A DNA stretch of 64,000 nucleotides from contig CBDUPA010000012.1 of the NCBI GenBank assembly GCA_965368975.1, forward strand, positions 1 to 64,000, written 5' to 3'. The position numbers were made by a program, and so were the translations under genes. This document shows positions 33,966 to 44,154 of the stretch, one piece after another. The DNA is from an uncultured bacterium (GTDB lineage: Bacteria; Acidobacteriota; Thermoanaerobaculia; Multivoradales; JAHZIX01). The notes under the pieces were generated by a model, which saw nothing but the letters and a program-made list of their open reading frames with translations, did no database searches and had not been told where the DNA came from. The first letter of the stretch is position 1. Each line of letters begins with the position of its first letter.

Positions 33966-36830
33966 CTAGAAACGGATGCCGGCGCTGATCCGATACTGGC
34001 GCGGGCTGACGAAGTTGCCGTTACTGGTAGCTTGACCGAAGAGCGGGCTCTCGACGTAGCCGGTGGGTAGGCCGAGGTCGTCCAGCGGGCTGGTCGGGTC
34101 GGCCGTGATGCTGGTGTTCCAGCTGATCTGCTTGTCTTCGTCGAGCACGTTGAGCACCTCGAAGCGCACCCAGGGTTCGACCGTGCGCCACACCGGCAGG
34201 GCGTGCTGGAGCGTCAGGTCGACGGTGGCGGAGTCCTCGAATTCGATGGTGCCGCGGCGGGCGAAGAAGATGTCCTGGTTGAACGGCAGGCCGAGGTAGC
34301 CGGGGTTGAGGGCGCGCTGTGCTGCCGTCAAACGGCTGCTGCTGACCAGGCTGGTGGTGCTGCCGGAGTCGTAGTTGAGCAGCAGGCTGAGGGTGAGCGT
34401 GCCGGCGCGCTGGAGGTCCAGGTTGTAGACCGACCACAAACGGGCTCGGTGTTGCTGGTAGCCGGGTAGCCGGCCGTCCGGGTAGTGACGTTCGGCGCTG
34501 AACAGTTCGGGGTAGTCGCCGTAGGGACTGCCGCCACCGGGCTGCGACGAAGCTTCGCCGACGAAGTTGCCGTGGTTGCGCAACTGGTAGGTCCAGTTGC
34601 CCTCGACGTACAGATCGTGGGCCAGGCGGTAGCGCCCCTGCAGCTGCAGCGATTGGTACTCGCGCTCGGGGACGTTGGTGTTGCGGTAGACCTCGCGGTC
34701 TTCGGGCAGCACGCCGATCGGGGTCTCGATGAACAGCGGATCCCCCGGCTGGTCGATGAAGTTCTCCAGGAAGTCCCGCAGCTCGCGCCGCACCCACGTC
34801 AGCTTGACGTAGCCCCCGCCGCGCAGCTGGGCCGCCACGGAGGCGCTCCATTCTTCCGACTTGGCCGACGACAGGCCGTCTTCGAAGTTGACGCTCTGCG
34901 ACTGGAAGTTGGCGTTGTAGGGCAGGTAGTTGGCCAGGTCGAGACCGGGGGCGAAGTCGAGCCCGAGGCCGGAGGGGCCGATGTAGAAGGCGAAGGCGGA
35001 GTCGGGGGTGCCGACCTTGCCCAGGGAGCCGAACTCGCCCTCGTTGTAGCTGCCGGCGTACTGGGCGTAGCTGATGTCGACCTTGTACTTGCCATTGCCG
35101 TGGATGTCGTACGACGCTGCCAGGCGCGGCAGGAGGGTGGTGCTGTCGGCCGGTTTGAGGCCGGCGGTGCTGGTGCCCTCGACGTCCTCGTAGCGCACGC
35201 CGAGGTTGAAGCTCCAGTGGTCGTCGAGGTTCCAGCGGTCATTGAGGTACAGCGTGTTGGCCTCGATCTCGATCTGCGAACCGCGTTCCGGGAACCACAG
35301 CTCGAGGGTGCTCAGGAAGTTGAAGAACGGTTGCAGCCGGCCTTGGGCGTCGGGCTGCGCGAAGTCGTTGGCGTCGAGGAAGACTTCGACGTCGAAGATG
35401 AAGTCGGTAGAGCTCTGGCTGTTGCCACCGACCCGGGTGAGCGAGAAGCGCTCGGCGCCGGCTTTGAGGTCGTGGCTGCCCCAGCGCTCGCTGTCGAGGT
35501 AGTGCGAGACGGACGCTGTCAGTTGCTCGTTGTTGCTCTGCAGCGGGTCGTTCTCGTCGAAGTAGGGCGCGTTGTAGTGCGCGAAGGGCGAGAAGCCCAG
35601 GAACGGCGAATCGATGATGTCGGTGCTGGTGCCGCCGCTGCGCTGCTCCACGTTGCGTTCGGAGTACTGCAGCTGGCCGAACCAATCCTCGTGCCAGACG
35701 CCGCTGTAGCGCGCCACGGCCAGGTCGGTGGGGGCATCGATGCGGTCGAAGGTGCGCGGGTCGATGGAGAAGAAGAAGCTGGGCTTGGTGCGCAGCGTGT
35801 CGTTCTCGCTGTAGGTCGCCTGCAGCGTCTGGCTGCTGCTCAGGTTGCCGGTCAGCTTGACCTCGAAGCGTTCGTTGTCAGTGGTCGAGGTGTAGGGCAC
35901 CTCGGTATAAGCGAAGATGTCGCTGGTCGAAGAGTCGGTAGCGCGACCGGCGGAGAAGAACCACAAGCGATCCTTGACCAGGTAGCCGCCCAGCGTCGCG
36001 CTCAGCGTCTCGTTGGTGTCGCCCTCGAGCTCGACTCCGGCCGCGTCTTCGAGCGGCGTCGTTTCACGCCACTCGGGGTTGCTCAGGTCGACGCGCAGGC
36101 TGCCCTCGAACTCGTTGCCGCCCACCTTGGTGATGGCGTTGATCACGCCGCCGGTGAAGCGTCCGTACTCGGCCGACACGCCGGAGGTGAGGATCTGCAC
36201 CTCTTCGAGGGCATCTTCGATGAAGAGGTCGTAGGCGTTGCCGGTGGAGCTGGCGATGTCGACGCCGTCGAGCAGGAAGGCGTTGTCGTAGCTGTAGGCC
36301 CCGTTGATGCTGACCAGTCCGGGCCCTTCGCCGACCGTCGTCACGCCGGGTGCCAGCATGGCGATGTTCTCCAGTTGACGCCGGATGGGCAGGGCTTGCA
36401 GCGTCTCGGCGTCGAAGTTGGTGCTGATCGAGGTGTTGGCCAGTGCCGGCGGCAGCTCGTCGAGGACCACCAGCGTTTCTTCCCCCTCGCGCGCTTCCAG
36501 CTGCACATCCGCCCGCGTCAGCAAACCGACCCGCACGGTCGCCGTTCGTTGCACGCTGGTCTTGCCGTCGAGTTCGAAGACCAGTTTGTAGTCACCGGCC
36601 GGCAGACCGCGCAGGCCGTAGCGTCCGTGGAAGCCGGTGACCGCCGAGCGCTGACTGAGCAGGCTCGTCGACCCGACCGTCACCACCACGCCGGCCAACG
36701 CTCGACCGTCGCCGTCCGTAACCTGGCCGCTCAGGTCGCCGGTTTGTTGCCCCTGTGCCCACAGGGGGCTGTTCCAGAAGAGAAGCAGTGCACATAGCAC
36801 GGCCATAGAAAGGTGTCGTAGAGAAGGCAT
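33966..36830 (-). CDS. TonB-dependent receptor, Oar-like, with N-terminal carboxypeptidase-regulatory-like domain
   Basis: Signal peptide, [16 protein letters not shown], plug [17 protein letters not shown], beta-barrel, terminal Phe (GIRF); RBS TAAGGAG. Confidence 0.9.
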   Translation of the reverse strand: MPSLRHLSMAVLCALLLFWNSPLWAQGQQTGDLSGQVTDGDGRALAGVVVTVGSTSLLSQRSAVTGFHGRYGLRGLPAGDYKLVFELDGKTSVQRTATVRVGLLTRADVQLEAREGEETLVVLDELPPALANTSISTNFDAETLQALPIRRQLENIAMLAPGVTTVGEGPGLVSINGAYSYDNAFLLDGVDIASSTGNAYDLFIEDALEEVQILTSGVSAEYGRFTGGVINAITKVGGNEFEGSLRVDLSNPEWRETTPLEDAAGVELEGDTNETLSATLGGYLVKDRLWFFSAGRATDSSTSDIFAYTEVPYTSTTDNERFEVKLTGNLSSSQTLQATYSENDTLRTKPSFFFSIDPRTFDRIDAPTDLAVARYSGVWHEDWFGQLQYSERNVEQRSGGTSTDIIDSPFLGFSPFAHYNAPYFDENDPLQSNNEQLTASVSHYLDSERWGSHDLKAGAERFSLTRVGGNSQSSTDFIFDVEVFLDANDFAQPDAQGRLQPFFNFLSTLELWFPERGSQIEIEANTLYLNDRWNLDDHWSFNLGVRYEDVEGTSTAGLKPADSTTLLPRLAASYDIHGNGKYKVDISYAQYAGSYNEGEFGSLGKVGTPDSAFAFYIGPSGLGLDFAPGLDLANYLPYNANFQSQSVNFEDGLSSAKSEEWSASVAAQLRGGGYVKLTWVRRELRDFLENFIDQPGDPLFIETPIGVLPEDREVYRNTNVPEREYQSLQLQGRYRLAHDLYVEGNWTYQLRNHGNFVGEASSQPGGGSPYGDYPELFSAERHYPDGRLPGYQQHRARLWSVYNLDLQRAGTLTLSLLLNYDSGSTTSLVSSSRLTAAQRALNPGYLGLPFNQDIFFARRGTIEFEDSATVDLTLQHALPVWRTVEPWVRFEVLNVLDEDKQISWNTSITADPTSPLDDLGLPTGYVESPLFGQATSNGNFVSPRQYRISAGIRF

Positions 36831-36941
36831 GGGATCTCCTTACAGAACCAAGGTTGATGTGTCCGGACGCTCCGGACCCACCTCGTCTGGAGTCCCGCTC
36901 GCGGCGGGCAAAACAGATGAATTTCAGCTGCCTTGGCAAGG

Positions 36942-36958
36942 AGCAAGTCCTGTGCCAG
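36942..36958 (-). promoter_or_regulatory. sigma54 (-24/-12) promoter for the TonB receptor
   Basis: Minus strand CTGGCACAGGACTTGCT = TGGCAC-N5-TTGC(T), about 110 bp upstream of the ATG and correctly oriented. Confidence 0.75.
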
Positions 36959-36973
36959 GGCTGCGAAGTTCTG

Positions 36974-36986
36974 TAAGGTGCTGAAG
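36974..36986. promoter_or_regulatory. Possible IHF site upstream of the sigma54 promoter
   Basis: TAAGGTGCTGAAG resembles TAAnnnnTTGATW with mismatches, in an AT-richer patch at the expected position. Confidence 0.3.
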
Positions 36987-37140
36987 TTATTTGGTTTGTG
37001 AGTGCGAGCTTGGGTTGCCGATGTCCAGCTGCGGGAACGTGGGTGTCCTGGAGGGACTACGCTGAGCGGGATCGAGGTTATCGATCAGAGATCGTGAGGT
37101 AGCTTTGATGCGGTCACCGAGAAGGGTTTACGCTGGTTGA

Positions 37141-39183
37141 TCAGTTCGGCGGTGTCCACGGATAGGCGGCGCTCTGGCTTTGACGGTAGCGTTGCAGGTT
37201 GCCGTCGAGGCGCGCCGTCAACTCGGGATCCCTGGGCTGCAGCTGGGCGATCAGGCGTTCCTGGATCGCTTGCGCTTCTTGGAAGCGACCGGCGGCGGCG
37301 TAGGCCATGGCCAGGGTTTCGGCGGTGGCGGCGTCGGCGCGGGCTTGGAAGAGGGCTTCGGCGAGCTGCACGGCACGGTTGGGGTCGCGTGCCGGGGGGT
37401 GGGGGGCGGTGGCCATGACGCGGGTGAGCAGGAGGGCGGGGGCGGGGTCGCCGGGGAGCGCTTGAAGGGCGATCTCGAGTCGGTTGCGGGCGGTGGCGGG
37501 GTCGCCGGCAAGGAGCAGGGCGTTGGCTTCGCCGAGCCGCGCGGCGCGCTGGCTGGGGTCGAGTTCGATGACGCGACGGTAGGCGGTGGCGGCTTCGAGG
37601 AACTGGCCTTGGCCGCCGAGCAGGCCGGCGAGGTAGAAGTGCGCTTGCGGCAGTGCGGCGTCGAGCTCGAGGGCGCGGCGGTAGCCGGCTTCGGCGCTGG
37701 CGACGTCGCCGTTGGCACGCTGGCGGTTGGCCAGCTCGACGGCGGCGCGGGCGCGCGCCGGGGCTGGCAGGCTGGCGTCGTCGAGCAGACGTTCGAAGAG
37801 TTGACGCGCGGCGGCTTCGTCACCGGTGCGGGCTATGAGCATGCCCAACTCCAGGATGGCGTCGGCGTCGCTGGGGTAGTCGGCGACGATCGAGCGCAGG
37901 GCGGACACGGCGCGCGAGGTGTGCCCTTGTGCCAGCCAGGCGCGTGCGCGGGCACGGCGTGCGGCGGGGTTGTCGGGCAGGCGGCGCAGCAGGTCTTCAG
38001 CGGTCGCCAGGGCGGCGTCGGGATCGTCGGCGGCCAGCTGGGCTTCGATCAACTTGAAACGCGTCTCGTCGAACGAAGGGTTGAGTTCCAGCGCCTTCTG
38101 CAGGTTCTGCAGGGCTCCCTCGACTTCACCCAGCTGGAGCAGGACGGTGCCCAGGTTGTAGTGCACCACCGCGTTGTCCGGTTCCAGTGCGAGCGCCTTC
38201 TGGTACTGCTCGACCGCGGCCGGCAGGGCTCCCAGGCGGGTCAGGGCGGAGGCCAAGTTGTGCCGTGCACCGGCGTTCTCGGGGTCTTCGCGCACCGCGC
38301 GCTCGAGGTTCTGCCGCGCTCGCTGCAGGTCGCCGTCGACCAGGGCGCGGCCGCCGAGCTGCAGGTAGTAGCTGACGCCGCGTGCGTCGCGGGTGAGGTC
38401 CAGGAAGCGTGGGTCTTCGTAGCGCACGGGTTGGCGACCGGTGCGGTCCAGGTGGTAAGCGGCGCGTTCGCGGTCGCCCAGCTTGCGGTAGGCCTCGCCG
38501 AGCGAGAAGTGGACCAAGCCGGCACGCGGCTGGGCGTCGAGAGCGGCTTGCAGATGCTCCAGCGCTTCCTCGGTTTCGCCCTGGTCGAGCAGCGTGCGAC
38601 CGAGACCGTTGTGCACGGCGGCGTTGTCCGGATGGCGGTCGAGGAGCGCCGCGAAGATCGTCCGTGCCTCGGCTGCCTGCCCCAGCTCGAGCAAGACTTC
38701 GCCCAGCTGCAGCTGCGCCGGCATGTCGTCCGGCTCCAAGCTGAGCACGGCTCGGAAGCTGTCCACCGCCTGCTGCAAGTCTCCGTCCGTGCGCTGCAGC
38801 ATGCCGAGGTAGTAGGGCCAGTCGGCATTGCGGGGGTCGAGCAGGTGAGCGTTGCGGTAGCTGGCGACGGCGCTGTCGACCAGGTCGTAGAGGTGGTAGA
38901 GCCGGCCCATCTCGCCGTAGGCGTCGGCCAGCTGCTGGACGTCGGCGCTGCCGCTGCGCAGCTCTTCGAGCGTGCGCCGCTGAGCGCGCAGCTGCTCCTG
39001 CACCGGCTGGTCCATGTTGTCGAGCGGTGGGTGCGGGATCGGCTCCAACTGGTCGAAGTCGACCCCCGGGCCGCAGGCTGCCAGCAGTATGGCGACCAGC
39101 AGGAGCCCGACGGCCCAAGAAGGGCCGAGCGAAGCATGGCCAGAGTCGGGGCAGGCTGCCCGTGGAGTTGTGTCGAATCTCAT
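37141..39183 (-). CDS. TPR-repeat lipoprotein
   Basis: Lipobox LAAC; many TPR units (AVVHYNLGTVL, AHFYLAGLL); RBS CAGGAG. Confidence 0.85.
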   Translation of the reverse strand: MRFDTTPRAACPDSGHASLGPSWAVGLLLVAILLAACGPGVDFDQLEPIPHPPLDNMDQPVQEQLRAQRRTLEELRSGSADVQQLADAYGEMGRLYHLYDLVDSAVASYRNAHLLDPRNADWPYYLGMLQRTDGDLQQAVDSFRAVLSLEPDDMPAQLQLGEVLLELGQAAEARTIFAALLDRHPDNAAVHNGLGRTLLDQGETEEALEHLQAALDAQPRAGLVHFSLGEAYRKLGDRERAAYHLDRTGRQPVRYEDPRFLDLTRDARGVSYYLQLGGRALVDGDLQRARQNLERAVREDPENAGARHNLASALTRLGALPAAVEQYQKALALEPDNAVVHYNLGTVLLQLGEVEGALQNLQKALELNPSFDETRFKLIEAQLAADDPDAALATAEDLLRRLPDNPAARRARARAWLAQGHTSRAVSALRSIVADYPSDADAILELGMLIARTGDEAAARQLFERLLDDASLPAPARARAAVELANRQRANGDVASAEAGYRRALELDAALPQAHFYLAGLLGGQGQFLEAATAYRRVIELDPSQRAARLGEANALLLAGDPATARNRLEIALQALPGDPAPALLLTRVMATAPHPPARDPNRAVQLAEALFQARADAATAETLAMAYAAAGRFQEAQAIQERLIAQLQPRDPELTARLDGNLQRYRQSQSAAYPWTPPN

Positions 39184-39240
39184 CAAGTCGTCTCCTGCCC
39201 TGGCCGCCGTGGGCCTGCGTACCGTGTCTGTGGGCGCGCT

Positions 39241-41109
39241 CTACGAGTCCGGCACCGCCGTCTCGTCCCTCTCCGGCGTACCCGTGCCCTGGACGAGGGT
39301 CACATACTCGCCGGTCTGGATGCCGCGGAACAGCTCTACTGCCGGCGCACCATCGACGGCGTCTGGCCAGTGTACCTCGACGTCGACCGTCGTGGCGGGT
39401 GTCTCGGTGCCGTCGCCGATTCCGAGTCCAAAGAGGACGCGTGGTGAGTGGGCCGAGACGTAGCTGCCGGCGCTACGCACGCGCCGTACGAGCGGTGTCT
39501 TCCCGGAGCGAAGAACAGCGGCACGCGCTCCCAGGCGGGGGCTGCCCTGGGCATTGACCAGGTTCAGGCCGAGCCAGCCGGCGTCGCTGGCGGCCGTCTG
39601 GTTGCGCAGCAAACGCACCGGGCCGCTGTTGTTGATCACCAGCACGTCCGGGGCGCCGTCGTTGTCGACATCGCCGACCGCCGCGCCGCGGCTCACTTCC
39701 ATCAGCTCGAACACCTCGCCGGCCAGCGCCGTCACCTCTTCGAACTGGCCGCCGCCCAGGTTGCGGTAGAGCTGATTCGGCTGCTTCATCGGGTAGACGT
39801 CACCCGCCCGCACCTGCGCCTCGCGTTTGCGCACCGCACCGTTGACCACGACCAGATCGAGATGACCGTCGAGGTCGTAGTCGAAGAAGGCGGTGCCGAA
39901 GCCGGTGTAGTCCCAACTCGGTGCGCCGAGGCCGGTCTCCAGGCTGGCGTCGTGGAACATGCCGGTCCCATCGTTGCGGTAGAGCGTGTTGGTCTCGCGT
40001 GCCAGGTGCGCCATGAACAGGTCTTCGTCGCCGTCGTTGTCGAAGTCCGCAGCGTCGACGCCCATGGACGCTTCCGCCTGCCCGTGCCGGTTCACAGCCG
40101 CCCCGGCCATCAGGGCCTCGTCCTCGAAGCGGCCCTTGCCGAGACCGAACCACAGCTGGTTGGGCATCTGGTCGTTGGCCACGTAGAGATCCATCCAGCC
40201 GTCGTCGTTGAAGTCGCTGGGGATCGCCCCCAGGGTCGAACCCGCCAGTCCCATGCCGGCGCGGCGCGTGACGTTGGTGAAGGTGCCGTCGCCGTCGTTG
40301 CGCAGCAGCCGGTCGGCCACCGGCTGGAAGGCCAACGGACCGCAGTAGTCGGGTACACCGCTCTCGGTGACGCAGACCTTGTGGCTGCTCAGGCTGAAGT
40401 CGACATAGTTGCCCACGTACAGGTCCTGGTCGCCGTCCCGGTCGATGTCGAAGAAAGCCGCGGCCACGCTCCAGCGGTCATCGTCGACACCCGCTGCCGC
40501 GGTGACGTCGGTAAACGTGCCATCGCCGTCGTTGCGCCACAGCTGGTTGGGGCCCAGGTTGGTCAGGTAGATGTCCATGTCGCCATCGTTGTCGTAGTCG
40601 CCCGTCGCCATGCCCATGCCGTAGCCGGAAGCGTCCAGCTCGGCTTGTTCGGTCACGTCGACGAAGCGCAATTCACGCCGTCCGTCCGGGTGGACTACCA
40701 GGTCGTTGCGGTACAAGCGGTCGCGGAACGTCTCGCCCGGTGCCGGCGGGATCAACGCGTCGTCGACCGTCTTGCCGTGACCGAGCAGATGCCCCTGCAC
40801 CAGGTAGACGTCGAGATCCCCGTCACCGTCATAGTCCAAGAACCCGCCACCGCCGCCAGTCATTTCCGGAAAGTACAATTCTCCGGTCATACCGTTGAAA
40901 TGGTGGAAGTCGAGACCCGAGTCGGCAGCGACGTCGACGAACAACGCCTCTACCGCAGCCGATGCAGCCGCATCCGCAGCCCCGGCCGGTGAGGCAGGGG
41001 GCTGTGAAGACGGTGCGGGTGAGGAACCTGAAGTTTCATCAGAAGGTGCATCCGCGCAGGCGGCGAGCAGCAGCGCTGCCGCGGTGCACAACACCATAGA
41101 ATTGTTCAT
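39241..41109 (-). CDS. CRTAC1/ASPIC-UnbV family FG-GAP repeat lipoprotein
   Basis: Lipobox LAAC; repeated DYDxDGDxD Ca-binding motifs, SRGAAVGDVDNDG, C-terminal GSYVSAHSPRVLFGLG. Confidence 0.9.
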   Translation of the reverse strand: MNNSMVLCTAAALLLAACADAPSDETSGSSPAPSSQPPASPAGAADAAASAAVEALFVDVAADSGLDFHHFNGMTGELYFPEMTGGGGGFLDYDGDGDLDVYLVQGHLLGHGKTVDDALIPPAPGETFRDRLYRNDLVVHPDGRRELRFVDVTEQAELDASGYGMGMATGDYDNDGDMDIYLTNLGPNQLWRNDGDGTFTDVTAAAGVDDDRWSVAAAFFDIDRDGDQDLYVGNYVDFSLSSHKVCVTESGVPDYCGPLAFQPVADRLLRNDGDGTFTNVTRRAGMGLAGSTLGAIPSDFNDDGWMDLYVANDQMPNQLWFGLGKGRFEDEALMAGAAVNRHGQAEASMGVDAADFDNDGDEDLFMAHLARETNTLYRNDGTGMFHDASLETGLGAPSWDYTGFGTAFFDYDLDGHLDLVVVNGAVRKREAQVRAGDVYPMKQPNQLYRNLGGGQFEEVTALAGEVFELMEVSRGAAVGDVDNDGAPDVLVINNSGPVRLLRNQTAASDAGWLGLNLVNAQGSPRLGARAAVLRSGKTPLVRRVRSAGSYVSAHSPRVLFGLGIGDGTETPATTVDVEVHWPDAVDGAPAVELFRGIQTGEYVTLVQGTGTPERDETAVPDS

Positions 41110-41218
41110 AGCGTCGCGGAATGTACCATAGAGAGGACGAGCGACTACGATCGGGGGCGGTGGGTCAGGAGGGCGAAATGGGGAAGAGCCAAAGCTTTCA
41201 GAGCAAGGCTAGTTCGAC

Positions 41219-41584
41219 TCAGCCGATCGGCAAGCTACGAAGACGGAGAGCCTTTTCGTTGACGCTGACAATGACTCCCTGCTCCAGTGCCTGAGTGCAC
41301 CGGTCCAGAACCTTCAGCAGGTGATCCCGCACATTGTCCGGGCGCATGTCTCGTAGCCGAAAGATCACGACGCTAGGTAGCGAGAATCCACCAGCAGCCA
41401 TCAAGTCTGCGAAGTCGAGATCATGGGTGAGGATGATCCAGCCTTCGTCCTGAGCCTTCCGTAGTATCTGGGAATCTGTCAGCGTAGCTAGCCCGGCAGT
41501 ATTTAGGTGCAAGGATTCGTGGCCGTGCTCCGACAAGACTTGCGTCAAGCGGTGGGAGATGCCCATATCGAGCAGGAAGCGCAT
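41219..41584 (-). CDS. DUF5615 PIN-like toxin (VapC45-like)
   Basis: MRFLLDM..., DSQIL, ILTHDLDF; start overlaps the stop of the DUF433 gene. Confidence 0.85.
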   Translation of the reverse strand: MRFLLDMGISHRLTQVLSEHGHESLHLNTAGLATLTDSQILRKAQDEGWIILTHDLDFADLMAAGGFSLPSVVIFRLRDMRPDNVRDHLLKVLDRCTQALEQGVIVSVNEKALRLRSLPIG

Positions 41585-41817
41585 CAGGCCGTAGCGGCAG
41601 CCGGGATCACTTGCTCGTCTGCCAGCCAGGCCGCGTAGCGCAGCGCTTGGTGCACGTCCTCGACTTCCAGGTAGGGATACTCGGCGACGATCTCATCTGC
41701 ACTCATACTATTGGCCGAGAGGTTGAGCAGCAGGGCCACGGAAACGCGCAGCCCGCGGATGCAGGCTCGACCGCCAAGAATGGCGGGGTCGAAGGTAATG
41801 CGGTCGAAGGTGGGCAT
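41584..41817 (-). CDS. DUF433 antitoxin (VapB45-like)
   Basis: MPTFDRITFDPAILGGRACIRGLRVSV...EYPYLEVEDVHQALRYAA; ATG 41817 after CAGGAG. Confidence 0.88.
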   Translation of the reverse strand: MPTFDRITFDPAILGGRACIRGLRVSVALLLNLSANSMSADEIVAEYPYLEVEDVHQALRYAAWLADEQVIPAAATA

Positions 41818-41903
41818 GGCGGGGCTCCTGTCAAGTGGACCGTGTCGAGAATCCATCATACCTGAGGCCTGCCGCGCGAGGCGCTGAGGTAGCATCAGAC
41901 GCG

Positions 41904-44063
41904 ATGCGTATTCTTCTCGCCCTCGCCCTCGCCCTCGCCCTGACGCTCTCCGCCTGCGCCCCGGACGCACCCGCGCCGGAACCGCTTCCTGAAGAGCCTG
42001 CGGCAACTGGTCCGCGCTCGCCCGATCTCGACGGCCGCGACGTCGTCTTGATCACCATCGACACTCTGCGTGCCGACGCACTCGGCTTCCTTGGCAACGA
42101 AGAAGTACAAACCCCGACGCTCGACCGCCTCGCTGCTGGCGGCGTGGTGTTCACCAACGCCCACGCCCACAACGTCGTGACGCTGCCCAGTCACGCCAAC
42201 CTGCTCACCGGGCTCTATCCCTACCAGCACGGCGTGCGCGACAACACCGGCTTTCGACTGCCGCCCGACGTGCCGACCCTGGCGTCCTCTTTGAAGGACG
42301 CTGGCTACACGACGGCAGCGTGTGTCGCGGCGTATCCCCTCGACTCGCGCTTCGGACTCGATCGTGGTTTCGATCTCTACGACGACCGCACGGGTCGCGA
42401 CACGAATCCGGGGGACTTCCACCTCGCGGAACGCTCAGGAGACGAGGTCGTCGCCTGCGGCAAGGCGTGGTGGGACGCCAACGCCGATCGCCAGCGCTTC
42501 CTGTGGCTGCATCTCTTCGAACCGCACGCTCCCTACCAGCCGCCGCCGCCGTTCGATCGACAGTTCGCCGACGCGCCTTACCTCGGGGAGGTTGCTGCCG
42601 TCGACGCGTACTTGGCACCGCTGCTCGAGCCGTGGCTGGACGCTGAGCAGGCAGCACCGCTCGTCGTCCTGACCTCGGACCATGGCGAAGCGCTGGGCGA
42701 GCACGGCGAAGCGACGCATGGACTCTTCGCCTACGAGGCGACGCTGCGAGTACCGCTCGTCCTGTGGGCGGCGGGAGCCCCCGGAGCCGGCCTGCCAGCG
42801 GGTCTTGACGCGCACCCAGCCGGGCACGTCGACGTCCTGCCGACGGTCTTGACGCTCCTCGGCCTGACCGTACCGCCCGATCTCCCGGGCCGTTCACTGG
42901 TTGCCCCGAGCGATCCCGCGGTGCTCGAGTCGCGCGATCTCTACTTCGAAGCTCTGACGGCCAACCTCAACCACGGTTGGGCACCCCTACGCGGCAGTCT
43001 GCGCGACGGCAGCAAGCTGATCGAGTTGCCGCTGCCCGAACTCTACGACCTGGCGAGCGACCCCGGCGAGACCGTCAACCGGGTCGACGAGGAACGCCGC
43101 CGCTACCACGAACAGCGCGACCGCCTGCCCGCCGAATCCGTCTGGCCGCCGGCGCGCGAGACGGGCGCGGACGCGGAAGAGCGGGCCCGGCTGGCCAGCC
43201 TCGGCTACATGACTGCCGACGCCGCCACCAAGGACGTCTACACCGCCGCCGACGATCCCAAGACCCTGGTGCACCTCGAACAGAAGATGCAGCGCGTCGT
43301 CGCCCTCTACCGCACTGGCGAGGCCCGAGCGGCGGCCAAGCTGGCGCAGGACGTGATCGACGAGCGACCGTCGATGCCCATGGCCTGGTCCCTGCTCGCA
43401 CAGGCCCTGCTCGAAGCCGGCGATCCGCGCGCCGCCCTCGACGTCATGGCCGAAGCCCAACACCGCGGCGTCGCCACCGCCTCCCTGCGCCGCCAGGCTG
43501 CTCTCACCTTGGTCGACCTTGGTCGTGCGGAGGAAGCTGTCGACGTGCTGCGTCAGCTTCTCACCGTGACCGACTCGGGGGCCATCGATGTAGCCTCCTC
43601 CGATCCCGCCACCCTCACCGCCCTTGGTATCGCTCTCTCCGCCAGCGGCCAGCAAGACGCCGCCGCCAGCGTCCTAGAACAAAGCCTCGCCCTCGATCCC
43701 GGTTCGCCCAAGACCCTCGAGAGCCTCGGCATGGTCGACCTGCGCCGCCAGCGTCTCGACACCGCCCGTGGCTACCTAGAAGAGGCTCTCGACCTCAACG
43801 ACGCCCTACCCGAGAGCTGGAACATGCTCGCCGTCGCGCGCTTCCAGAGCGGTGACGGACCGGGTGCGCTACAAGCCTGGGAGCGCTGCCTGCAGCTGCG
43901 CCCGAACAACTGGGACGTCCTCTTCAACCTCGGCCTCGTCGCGCCGAACCTGGGGCGTCCCGACCTGGCGCGCCAAGCCCTGGAGCGTTTCGTCGAGGGC
44001 GCGCCGGAGCGCTATGCCGCAGACGTCGAGACGGCGCGGGGGATCCTGGCGCAGCTGCCCTAG
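41904..44063 (+). CDS. Sulfatase-like (alkaline phosphatase superfamily) lipoprotein with C-terminal TPRs
   Basis: Lipobox LSAC after an (LA)n stretch; ITIDTLRAD, TLPSHANLLTG, HLFEPHAPY, TSDHGE; TPRs in the last third. Confidence 0.88.
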   Translation: MRILLALALALALTLSACAPDAPAPEPLPEEPAATGPRSPDLDGRDVVLITIDTLRADALGFLGNEEVQTPTLDRLAAGGVVFTNAHAHNVVTLPSHANLLTGLYPYQHGVRDNTGFRLPPDVPTLASSLKDAGYTTAACVAAYPLDSRFGLDRGFDLYDDRTGRDTNPGDFHLAERSGDEVVACGKAWWDANADRQRFLWLHLFEPHAPYQPPPPFDRQFADAPYLGEVAAVDAYLAPLLEPWLDAEQAAPLVVLTSDHGEALGEHGEATHGLFAYEATLRVPLVLWAAGAPGAGLPAGLDAHPAGHVDVLPTVLTLLGLTVPPDLPGRSLVAPSDPAVLESRDLYFEALTANLNHGWAPLRGSLRDGSKLIELPLPELYDLASDPGETVNRVDEERRRYHEQRDRLPAESVWPPARETGADAEERARLASLGYMTADAATKDVYTAADDPKTLVHLEQKMQRVVALYRTGEARAAAKLAQDVIDERPSMPMAWSLLAQALLEAGDPRAALDVMAEAQHRGVATASLRRQAALTLVDLGRAEEAVDVLRQLLTVTDSGAIDVASSDPATLTALGIALSASGQQDAAASVLEQSLALDPGSPKTLESLGMVDLRRQRLDTARGYLEEALDLNDALPESWNMLAVARFQSGDGPGALQAWERCLQLRPNNWDVLFNLGLVAPNLGRPDLARQALERFVEGAPERYAADVETARGILAQLP

Positions 44064-44154
44064 GCTCAGTTTTCTATTGCTCTGAGACTTTTCTTTCGCG
44101 CTAGAAATTCCGATACTTCAGGATGCAGAGCAATTGGGACTACGTCCTTGTTGC

